Assembly (NCBI GenBank): GCA_016217965.1
Contig: JACRFI010000016.1
Coordinates: 65,837-129,836, forward strand
Source of the DNA: Candidatus Kaiserbacteria bacterium
Lineage (GTDB): Bacteria; Patescibacteriota; Minisyncoccia; Phycocordibacterales; UBA2100
Length of the DNA stretch: 64,000 nt
Direction of reading: 5' to 3'
Below are positions 35,951-43,984 of the stretch, piece after piece. Under the pieces are notes generated by a model that had not been told where the DNA came from, searched no databases, and was given only the letters and a program-made list of their open reading frames with translations. The first letter of the stretch is position 1. Each line of letters begins with the position of its first letter. The position numbers and the translations under genes are program-made.

Positions 35951-37138
35951 ATGTACGGCAAGCTACAAGAACAATTGTCAAATGAGCTTGTTGCAATGAA
36001 GGAGAATGGCACGCATAAAGTTGCGCGAATCATTGAATCGAAACAGGGAAGAGAGATAAAGGTGGGAGGAAAGAAATATCTAAATTTCTGCTCCAATAAT
36101 TATCTTGGTCTTTCTGGCACGAAACTACTTGAAGATGCATCCGAAAAAGCGGTGAAGAAATGGGGGTATGGACTTGCCTCAGTGCGGTTTATCTGTGGCA
36201 CACAAACAATCCATAAAGACCTCGAGAAGGCGGTAGCGGATTTTGTGGGGATGGAAGATGCCATTACTTATTCTTCCTGCTTCATGGCGAACGTTGGATT
36301 ATTCCAGACGTTCTTTACGGACCAAGATGCGATCATCAGCGACGAATTAAACCACGCATCCATCATCGATGCGGTGCGCCTCACGAAATCCGAGCGGCAT
36401 GTCTACAAGCACATGGATATGCAAGACCTTGAGGAAAAACTTAAGGCTACGAAAGACAAGCGCTTCCGCGTAATCGCGACAGACGGCGTGTACAGCATGG
36501 ATGGCGATATTGCCCCACTCGATAAGATCTGCGATTTGGCTGATAAATACGATGCGCTTGTGATGGTAGACGATGCGCACGCAAATGGCGTCATGGGAAA
36601 GAAGGGCGGTGGAACGCCGCAGCATTTCGGTGTCGAGAAACGGGTAGATTTTCTCACCGGTACGTTTGGAAAAGCCCTGGGCGGGGCAGGCGGAGCATTT
36701 ACTGCAGGGCGCAAAGAGACGATAGAATACCTTCGCAATCGCTCGCGCACGTACCTTTTCTCCAATTCATTGGACACCGCAGTGACGGGCGCTTCGCTTT
36801 TCGTCATCAACTACCTCAAGAAGCATCCCGAACATCGTGAGAAATTGTGGGAGAACACAAATTTATTCCGGAAACTGATGAAAGAGAAAGGCTTTTCTGT
36901 ACCGGACGCAGAGCACCCGATCACGCCCATCATGCTTGGAGATGAGAAAAAAGCAGTTGATATGGCGGCAGCTCTCTTCAAAGAAGGGATATATGTTATC
37001 GGATTTGCATTTCCTGTGGTTCCAAAGGGGAAAGCGCGCATCCGCGTGCAAGTTTCGGCAGCCCACACGACGAAAGATATAAAAACCGCAGTCGAAAAAT
37101 TCGCCAAGGTAGGCAAAAAATTCGGCGTTATTTCCTAG
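35951..37138 (+). CDS. kbl: Glycine C-acetyltransferase
   Basis: NFCSNNYLGL, SVRFICGTQ, PVVPKGKARIRVQ.SAAH. Confidence 0.95.
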   Translation: MYGKLQEQLSNELVAMKENGTHKVARIIESKQGREIKVGGKKYLNFCSNNYLGLSGTKLLEDASEKAVKKWGYGLASVRFICGTQTIHKDLEKAVADFVGMEDAITYSSCFMANVGLFQTFFTDQDAIISDELNHASIIDAVRLTKSERHVYKHMDMQDLEEKLKATKDKRFRVIATDGVYSMDGDIAPLDKICDLADKYDALVMVDDAHANGVMGKKGGGTPQHFGVEKRVDFLTGTFGKALGGAGGAFTAGRKETIEYLRNRSRTYLFSNSLDTAVTGASLFVINYLKKHPEHREKLWENTNLFRKLMKEKGFSVPDAEHPITPIMLGDEKKAVDMAAALFKEGIYVIGFAFPVVPKGKARIRVQVSAAHTTKDIKTAVEKFAKVGKKFGVIS

Positions 37139-37154
37139 TGCTATACTGCCGCGC

Positions 37155-38291
37155 ATGAATGCGAAGCTGCGTGCTGAAGAATTTCTGTCTCGAACCAGCG
37201 TAACGCTGAATGGTCCCAATCCTTGGGATCCGCAGATACACGACGAACGGTTGTACGACCGTATTTTTAGCGGCGGAACACTCGCGGTCGGGGAAAGTTA
37301 TATGGACGGATGGTGGGACGTGGAGAATATGTCGGAGTTTTTCTTTCGGCTCTTCCACTCACAAGCAGCTCAAACGGCGCCACTCCTTAGCGTGGCGATG
37401 GTGATCCAGTTGGCGAAGTCGGCATTTCTGAATCTGCAAAATCAAAAAAGAGCATACGAAGTGGGCCGAAGGCATTACGACATCGGCAACGATCTGTATG
37501 AAAAAATGCTCGATACGCGAATGATGTATTCCTGCGGATATTGGAAAGAAGCGAAGACGCTGGAAAAATCGCAAGAAGATAAACTTGATCTCATCTGCAG
37601 AAAGATCGGCCTTAAGACGGGGGATACCGTACTCGATATTGGATGCGGATGGGGCGGCTTTGCAGCGTTTGCCGCTGAGAGGTACGGAGCGAAGGTAACC
37701 GGTATCACTATCTCGAAGGAACAGGCAGCGTTAGCACAGCAGAGGACAAGCGAATTGGACGTTGACATCCGTTTGCAGGATTGGCGCACGCTTGGCGGAG
37801 AAACGTATACGCATATTGTTTCTGTCGGCATGTTTGAACATGTCGGCCCCAAAAATTATCGGGTATTCATGCAAAAAGTACGAGAATTACTCTCTGATGA
37901 GGGGCTATTCCTACTCCAGACGATCGGTAACGGCAAGACCGTGCGGCATCTTGAGCCATGGTATGACAGATATATCTTTCCTAACGGGCATTTGCCGTCC
38001 ACGGCGCAGATAACGAAAGCCACCGACCGAAAATGGTACGGGGAGGCCTTGCTCACGATGGAAGACTGGCACAATTTCGGTTCCGATTACGATAAGACGC
38101 TCTCTGCCTGGTACGAAAACTTCGAACGCGCGTGGCCGGATATAAAAGAAAAATATGATGAGCGATTCCGGCGCATGTGGAAATATTACCTGCTTCAGTC
38201 GGCAGGGATGTTCCGCGCACGTTATATCCACCTCTGGCAGATCGTATTCTCAAAAACGGGCATGGTTGGTGGGTACGCGTCAATACGCTAG
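37155..38291 (+). CDS. cfa: Cyclopropane-fatty-acyl-phospholipid synthase
   Basis: HYDIGNDLY, YSCGYW, LDIGCGWGG, SVGMFEHVG, RMWKYYL. Confidence 0.95.
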   Translation: MNAKLRAEEFLSRTSVTLNGPNPWDPQIHDERLYDRIFSGGTLAVGESYMDGWWDVENMSEFFFRLFHSQAAQTAPLLSVAMVIQLAKSAFLNLQNQKRAYEVGRRHYDIGNDLYEKMLDTRMMYSCGYWKEAKTLEKSQEDKLDLICRKIGLKTGDTVLDIGCGWGGFAAFAAERYGAKVTGITISKEQAALAQQRTSELDVDIRLQDWRTLGGETYTHIVSVGMFEHVGPKNYRVFMQKVRELLSDEGLFLLQTIGNGKTVRHLEPWYDRYIFPNGHLPSTAQITKATDRKWYGEALLTMEDWHNFGSDYDKTLSAWYENFERAWPDIKEKYDERFRRMWKYYLLQSAGMFRARYIHLWQIVFSKTGMVGGYASIR

Positions 38292-38341
38292 AAGGGTAAG
38301 ACATAAGACAACTTATCAACACCTCTCTCTTGCACTGCCGT

Positions 38342-38370
38342 TTGACTGTAGAACGTTCGTTCTATAGACT
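38342..38370 (+). promoter_or_regulatory. Promoter TTGACT-17-TAGACT with SOS-box-like operator AGAAC-N4-GTTCT in the spacer
   Basis: GAAC 38351-54, GTTC 38359-62; directly upstream of LexA-like gene. Confidence 0.8.
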
Positions 38371-38376
38371 GGAGGG

Positions 38377-39063
38377 ATGGGTCCCATTAGAAATAGCACA
38401 CCTAAATCCTCCGGACGCGTTGGTGCGGGTGTGATTTCTAACGGGATACATAATTACGAGAGGACAAAGGCGAGGAGGCGGGCGTATAGAAAGAAGATGC
38501 AGGGCGAGTTTGATGAACCTCTGCGGCGGTTCCTCTCGGAAAAGAAGCGAATGCCGAGCTTCGCGGAACTGATGGAGATATGGAACTATCGAACGAAGAG
38601 CGCCGTGCACTATCGTATCCAAGAGTTAGCCGATAGAGGTGTCATCCGAAAGGATGGGACGGGAAGAATAGTGCCCCTCCGGCTAGAGAAGGGAACAAGG
38701 CTTCTGGGCGTCGTCGAAGCCGGGTTTCCTTCGGCTGCCGAAGAAGAGCTTTTGGACGTCATGAATTTTGACGAATTTCTGACGCCCAATAAAGAATCGA
38801 GCTACATCCTCAAAGTAAAGGGGGACTCGATGAAAGATGCCGGGATACAGCCAGGAGACATGGTCATTGTCGAGCGAAAAAATAATTACAAGCCAGGGCA
38901 AATAGTTATCGCGATGATAGACGGCGAGTACACAATGAAGTATTTGCGAAAAAGAGGCGAGCAGCACTATTTGGAGCCTGCGAATTCGCGGTACAAACCT
39001 ATTTTTCCCAAAGAGTCGTTCAAGATAGAGGCTGCAGTAACCGCCGTAGTGCGCAAGTATTAA
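38377..39063 (+). CDS. LexA/UmuD-family S24 protein with HTH
   Basis: MPSFAEL..KSAV HTH; AG|FPS cleavage site; VKGDSM..AGI..GD; TMK. Confidence 0.9.
   Translation: MGPIRNSTPKSSGRVGAGVISNGIHNYERTKARRRAYRKKMQGEFDEPLRRFLSEKKRMPSFAELMEIWNYRTKSAVHYRIQELADRGVIRKDGTGRIVPLRLEKGTRLLGVVEAGFPSAAEEELLDVMNFDEFLTPNKESSYILKVKGDSMKDAGIQPGDMVIVERKNNYKPGQIVIAMIDGEYTMKYLRKRGEQHYLEPANSRYKPIFPKESFKIEAAVTAVVRKY
38383..38445. mobile_element. MITE-like palindromic element, copy 2 (63 bp, in frame in the LexA-like 5' end)
   Basis: cccattagaaat / atttctaacggg. Confidence 0.6.
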
Positions 39064-39068
39064 TTTTT

Positions 39069-40376
39069 ATGACGTGGGGACGCTCTCTTTCATTCCCTCG
39101 TGCGATCATCCACATCGATGGCGATTCTTTTTTTGCCTCGTGCGAGATAGCAAAAGACCCGAAGTTGAAAGGGAAGCCAGTCATTACGGGAAAAGAGCGG
39201 GGCATCGTGTCCTCGTGCACGTATGATGTAAAAAAACGCGGTGTACAACGTGGCATGGAGTTAGGAGAAGCGAGAAAGATTTGTCCTGATGCGATCATCT
39301 TGCCGTCCGACTACGAAACGTACTCGCTCTTTTCAGAAAGGATGTACGAGATAGTGCGCCGTTACACGCCCACCGTCGAAGAGTATTCGATAGATGAATG
39401 CTTTGCGGACCTGACCGGCCTCAGGCGCGTGAACAAAATGAATTACCGTGATATGGCGCACTCCATCAAATTGGAACTTGCCGTAGAGCTTGGCATTACA
39501 TTTTCTGTCGGGCTTTCTGCGACGAAAGTCTTGGCGAAAATCGGCTCGAAATGGAAAAAACCAGATGGCTTCACCTCCATCCCCTTAAAGGACGCTCATA
39601 AATTTTTGGTGAAAACGCCAACAGGGAACATCTGGGGTATTGGGCCGAATACTGCAGCGTATCTCAAGAAGTACGGCATACAGACCGCTCTCGATTTCGT
39701 GAAGAAAGAAGAAGCGTGGGTTACCTCGATGCTCTCGAAACCATTTATTGAGACATGGAATGAATTGCGGGGCGAGGCTGTGTATGAAGTAACCACAAAG
39801 GGTAGAGAGTCATACCAATCCATCCAGAAGACGAAGACGTTCACGCCTCCGTCGCGCGACCAAAAATTCGTATTCTCGCAACTCTCAAAGAATATAGAGA
39901 ACGCGTGCATTAAGGCACGGCGCTGGAATGTGGCGGCTCCCGCAGTATTTTTTTTCCTCAAGACACAGGATTTTCGTTACCAGGGGTTTGAAATAAAGTT
40001 GTCGCATCCTACAAATGTGCCGCAGGATATTCTGCGTGTGGTAACGGGCTATTTCCCGAAAGTCTTTAAAAACGGCGAGTTGTATCGTGCGACCGGCGTC
40101 ACTTTGATGAAATTACAGAAAAGTACTTCTGCCCAACTCGACCTTTTCGGGAACGTGGTCGCAACCGAGGGCCTGAGACAAGTATTCGAGAGCGTGGACG
40201 ACTTGTCGCGCCGATACGGGAAGCATGTCGTATTTCTGGGTTCCAGTTTTGAGGCAATGCGTTTCGGGGCGCATCTAGGAGAGCGCGGAGACATGCCGGA
40301 GCGCACCAGACAATTATTTAAAGGCGAAACTGCTCGGCGGCGGCTGGCAATTCCCATGCTGGGCGAGGTTAATTAG
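39069..40376 (+). CDS. Y-family DNA polymerase (DinB/UmuC-like)
   Basis: HIDGDSFFAS, YSIDECF, KPDG, WGIG, clamp motif QLDLF. Confidence 0.95.
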   Translation: MTWGRSLSFPRAIIHIDGDSFFASCEIAKDPKLKGKPVITGKERGIVSSCTYDVKKRGVQRGMELGEARKICPDAIILPSDYETYSLFSERMYEIVRRYTPTVEEYSIDECFADLTGLRRVNKMNYRDMAHSIKLELAVELGITFSVGLSATKVLAKIGSKWKKPDGFTSIPLKDAHKFLVKTPTGNIWGIGPNTAAYLKKYGIQTALDFVKKEEAWVTSMLSKPFIETWNELRGEAVYEVTTKGRESYQSIQKTKTFTPPSRDQKFVFSQLSKNIENACIKARRWNVAAPAVFFFLKTQDFRYQGFEIKLSHPTNVPQDILRVVTGYFPKVFKNGELYRATGVTLMKLQKSTSAQLDLFGNVVATEGLRQVFESVDDLSRRYGKHVVFLGSSFEAMRFGAHLGERGDMPERTRQLFKGETARRRLAIPMLGEVN

Positions 40377-41676
40377 GTTTCTTCAGAATGAGGCGCGTGA
40401 GGGGAGAGGCTTTCGAATAATGCACGTGCTTCGAAATGCGATTCCATAGCGACGAGGGGTCTTGAACTGCTCTTTCTGCCTCATCCCAGTCGAAATCGCC
40501 GCGCACGTACGCCCGTGAATCAAGTACACCATCCTCCGGCGGGAGATTTCTCATCCCGATCTCGTCGCCATAGTACATGATGATGGCGCCAGGAAGCGAA
40601 TACAAAAGTTCTAAGGCATCGAATATCCGCTCAGGCTCCTTCTCAAATATTGAGCCGAGGCGTACCGCCGTGTCTCTTTTGTGCCGAAAGAGATACTGGC
40701 GTTTTGGGTCAAGAAAATGAAGAAGCGCCGCGCGATCCTCCTCAGCAACGGTCGAGAAGGATATTTCATCATGGTTACGAAGGAAGTAAGCCCAGGCGCA
40801 GCTGTGCGGGATATCCCTTGATCTCTCTAGCATCAATTCCATCGGTTTTGTGTCGCGGCGCATTAGCGAATCGAAGAGTGCCTCGGCCATGGGGAAGTTG
40901 TATGCGAGATGGCATTCGTCACCATTCCCAAAGAAGGTTTTTATCTCTTCAACTTGGCGGTGCGCTTCGGCAAGTAGTACGATGCTGCCTCCGTACTTCG
41001 TGTCGAGATGCTTACGCAGGCGTTTCAAAATGGCATGCGTTGCCGCAAGGTCCTGTGATTTTGTCTCGTACTTGATGAGGTGCGATGTTGCATCAAGGCG
41101 GAAACCATCCACGCCGCGGTCTGCCCAAAAGTCCATATGCGCGAGCATCGCCTCGACCACCTCTTCGTTTCTCCAATTCAAGTCAGGTTGTTCTGAATAG
41201 AACGTTGCAAAGTAGTAGTCGCCAGTAGGTTCATTGCGTATCCAGTTTGATGGTTTTATGTGCGGAAACGAATTGGTCTCGTGTGCGTACTCTCTTCCGC
41301 TTTCGCTCCACAAAAAATAATCGCGCTTGGAATTATGTCTTGAAGAACGCGCCTCGATGAACCATGGGTGATGTTCGGAAACATGGTTCAGAACGAAATC
41401 AACAATTATTTTTATGCCTTTCTCGTGAGCTGCAACAATGAGCGCATCGAAATCGTCCAGAGTTCCCAATTCAGGACGAACATTAAGGTAGTCCATCACG
41501 TCGTACCCCCCATCAACCATTGGCGAAGGATAGTGAGGAAGAAGGTGGAGCGCATTTATTCCCAGTTTTTCAAAATAATCGAGCCGTGTTGTGAGATTCG
41601 CTATTGTCCCCGCGAACTTATCTATATAGAGCTCGTATATGCTTGCGTCTTTCCACCAGTGTTTTTTAACGGACAT
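40369..41676 (-). CDS. GH13 alpha-amylase family, trehalose synthase (TreS)-like
   Basis: WWKDASIYE, DGGYDV.DY, NHVSE.HPWF, DGFRLDA, FLRNHDE. Confidence 0.85.
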   Translation of the reverse strand: MSVKKHWWKDASIYELYIDKFAGTIANLTTRLDYFEKLGINALHLLPHYPSPMVDGGYDVMDYLNVRPELGTLDDFDALIVAAHEKGIKIIVDFVLNHVSEHHPWFIEARSSRHNSKRDYFLWSESGREYAHETNSFPHIKPSNWIRNEPTGDYYFATFYSEQPDLNWRNEEVVEAMLAHMDFWADRGVDGFRLDATSHLIKYETKSQDLAATHAILKRLRKHLDTKYGGSIVLLAEAHRQVEEIKTFFGNGDECHLAYNFPMAEALFDSLMRRDTKPMELMLERSRDIPHSCAWAYFLRNHDEISFSTVAEEDRAALLHFLDPKRQYLFRHKRDTAVRLGSIFEKEPERIFDALELLYSLPGAIIMYYGDEIGMRNLPPEDGVLDSRAYVRGDFDWDEAERAVQDPSSLWNRISKHVHYSKASPLTRLILKKPN

Positions 41677-41839
41677 ATGTGGGGATTGCCTTTGTATAAC
41701 ATGCGCGTGAGCGAGCAAGAAGCGCGAGTGTAACTTCAGAGAGGATTCATTCGTGCGTGCCACCGTGTGAGCGGCAGAGGGCTTCTGGGCGGGAGTGCTC
41801 TGCAGTCGCGCATTACAAGACCTAACAACCATTCCCACT

Positions 41840-42097
41840 ATGGCTAATAACACGGCGAATAGTCCTGGCCGCACAGCGGATTCTTCTGCGGCGGGATGGG
41901 TCGTTGCGGCAGTAATTGTTGTTGCAGTGATCCTCGGACTTATCTACCTCTTGCCGTATCTTTCCGGCTCAACTACGTCGCCCGCAGCGAACGTAAACGT
42001 AGAGATTCCGAACACGGGAGAACAGCAGACTCAGAATATGCCGGCTATGCAGGCGACAAGTTCTGGACTCCAGGGAACGAGTTCTACCCGATACTAG
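41840..42097 (+). CDS. Small single-TM protein
   Basis: GWVVAAVIVVAVILGLIYLL; terminator follows. Confidence 0.7.
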   Translation: MANNTANSPGRTADSSAAGWVVAAVIVVAVILGLIYLLPYLSGSTTSPAANVNVEIPNTGEQQTQNMPAMQATSSGLQGTSSTRY

Positions 42098-42118
42098 GAC
42101 GGCCGAGAGAGTCGGAAG

Positions 42119-42143
42119 ACCGCCGCGCAAGACGCGGCGGTTT
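42119..42143. terminator. Terminator hairpin between convergent genes
   Basis: accgccgcg-caaga-cgcggcggttt. Confidence 0.65.
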
Positions 42144-42152
42144 GTTCGCTTG

Positions 42153-42443
42153 TCATTTTCTGTCCTTTGATCCGCCCTGGACGTCGCTTACAGAAAGAGG
42201 GCTCGGCATTGGCTCGTGTGGGAGCCTTCCATCGATGACAATATTGTTCTTTTTCTCTATCTCCTCGACTTGTTGCCCCAGGATGCGCCCAAAGCGTTTC
42301 CCAAGCACCAAATCCGATGTGAACGCATACACTTTGTCGCCGCTTTCGAGTGCAAAATGAAGGAGTCCATTGATTATGCGCACGTGTACTTTGTCGACAA
42401 ATATTTTTTCAGGCCCTTTATGGAAGTCGTGCTTGTGGTCCAT
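42153..42443 (-). CDS. Hypothetical protein (96 aa)
   Basis: CATAAT-6nt-ATG; MDHKHDF... Confidence 0.7.
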   Translation of the reverse strand: MDHKHDFHKGPEKIFVDKVHVRIINGLLHFALESGDKVYAFTSDLVLGKRFGRILGQQVEEIEKKNNIVIDGRLPHEPMPSPLSVSDVQGGSKDRK

Positions 42444-42485
42444 GCGTACATTATGCTCTTTTTTGTTCGGCAAGCCAAATTCCAA

Positions 42486-42515
42486 CACAAAAGCCCGCAG
42501 TATGCGGGCTTTTGT
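42486..42515 (-). terminator. tmRNA terminator
   Basis: acaaaagcccgca-gta-tgcgggcttttgt. Confidence 0.8.
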
Positions 42516-42519
42516 TGAC

Positions 42520-42908
42520 TGGTGGAGGTGGGGGTTTTGAAACCCCGTCCAGAAAATGATGCACAATAGCTTCTACAAGACATAGTTCATCTTGAAGGTT
42601 CGCCGACGCATGTAAAAGATGAACGAAATCATGCATCGACTAACTCTCTTTCTTTAGGTTTCTGCTCGGAGTGAAATAGAAACCGGACCCGATGGTTATG
42701 ACGCTCACATTAACGGTATCGGATACCCGCTAAACGAACGGTCGTCTAGGCTTTACGCGTAAACGAGGCCGAGGTCTTTCGCCTGAATCGGAGAAAGAAC
42801 CCCCCGTGCAGTTTTGTTTGCACTTAGAGTTTGAACATTTTAAGGAAGGTGTTCGCTTCCGTCTTGCACACAAGCACACTGAATTTCCTGTCGAAACCAG
42901 TCACCCCC
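42520..42908 (-). ncRNA. ssrA: tmRNA; tag ANKTARGVLSPIQAKDLGLVYA
   Basis: 5' GGGGGTGACTGGTTTCGAC, 3' CACCTCCACCA with G3.U wobble; tag ORF 42821-42753; near smpB. Confidence 0.95.
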
Positions 42909-43011
42909 CACCTCTGATCCTACAAGAGGATCAGAGGTGGGGACTGGCTGTCACGAGTGCTTGAGGGTGGGCAGGAGCATGGCATCGGAGCCGCGCTCGC
43001 CGCCCGCGGCG

Positions 43012-43098
43012 TCATCGGGTCAGAACCCAAAGAAAACGTAGGGATGCAAACATCAGTACGAGCATAAGCTCGTTCTTGTATGCTGCAAACCACGCCAT
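43012..43098 (-). CDS. Putative 28-aa hydrophobic peptide MAWFAAYKNELMLVLMFASLRFLWVLTR
   Basis: GGAGGG 7 nt before ATG; enclosed by perfect 17-bp inverted repeat 42953-69 / 43117-33. Confidence 0.5.
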   Translation of the reverse strand: MAWFAAYKNELMLVLMFASLRFLWVLTR

Positions 43099-43140
43099 TT
43101 TTGTGCCCTCCGTTGTCACCCTCAAGCACTCGTTATTTAA

Positions 43141-43153
43141 TTTTCAAAGAACA
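43141..43153 (-). promoter_or_regulatory. boxA-like antitermination site TGTTCTTTGAAAA
   Basis: Matches the rrn boxA pattern; lies downstream of TG-n-TATACT (43261-53) and upstream of ssrA. Confidence 0.55.
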
Positions 43154-43342
43154 TCAATCGGCGCCAAAGTGTGGCGAGATGAGTTTCCCCAGAGCCCGCC
43201 CCCCGACCCTCAGGGATGAGTAAACTTGTTGAGTGCCGCAACAATCGCGGCAAGTATAACAAATCCTACCCCCAAGCCGATCAGAGTGTGGTACAGATCC
43301 AGTTGGATCACCTCCTTCCTGGCTGCCACACTTTGAAGCTGA

Positions 43343-43783
43343 TTACCTTTTTATCGTCCTCTCAATCCTTCTCTTCTCTTCGCGCTCGCGTATTGTATGA
43401 CGCTTGTCTTCTTTTTTCTTGCCTCGCGCGATGCCTATAGCGAGCTTAAGAACGTGACCTTTATTATACACCGAAATAGGCACTGCTGTCAATCCCTTTT
43501 CGCCTTCGGCTGAGGATATCCGGGCTATTTCCCTTGTATTAAGGAGCAATCGGCGCGGTCGTTCCGCATCATATCCCTTTGGCGCGTTCGCAATCTGCCA
43601 AGCAGGGATTGTCGCGCCAACCAAATATGCCTCGCCACCTCGCGCGACGACGCGCGCACCCTTTAGTGACCCCTGTTTATTCCGCAGCGATTTTACTTCG
43701 TAGCCAAAAAGCTCCATGCCTGCCTCGAGTTCCTCGATAACGTGGTATTCAAGCATTGCCCTTTTATTGTCGATGAGTGCCAT
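43343..43783 (-). CDS. smpB: SsrA-binding protein
   Basis: NKRA...Y, EAGMELFGYEVKSLR, RGKK..DKR. Confidence 0.97.
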   Translation of the reverse strand: MALIDNKRAMLEYHVIEELEAGMELFGYEVKSLRNKQGSLKGARVVARGGEAYLVGATIPAWQIANAPKGYDAERPRRLLLNTREIARISSAEGEKGLTAVPISVYNKGHVLKLAIGIARGKKKEDKRHTIREREEKRRIERTIKR

Positions 43784-43984
43784 GACGGCTACTATAGCGC
43801 GATTTTATGCTGCCTCTAAAAGTTGAGAAGAATGTATGCCTGCCCGTGCTGCCAATTTCGGCTTGCGCTAGCGTTTTCATCACGTGTTAATCACGTGAGG
43901 AGATGATTGTTGATTTGATGGCACGAAATATAATTTATTCAAAAAACTAGCCGAAATTGAGTTGCTGGGTATAATGCATCGTCT

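Noticed and set aside
41677-41874. N-terminal extension of the GH13 ORF resembling a signal peptide
   Set aside because: Family similarity begins at MSVKKHWWK (41676), and the extension overlaps the divergent gene.
42920-43129. 69-aa minus-strand ORF from the ORF track
   Set aside because: No SD, and it runs through IR arms; the 28-aa frame with a GGAGGG SD is better supported.
43880-43898. tcacgtg-ttaa-tcacgtga tandem palindromes between smpB and ftsH
   Set aside because: Possible operator, but it matches no motif I can name (not CIRCE) and I saw no second copy.
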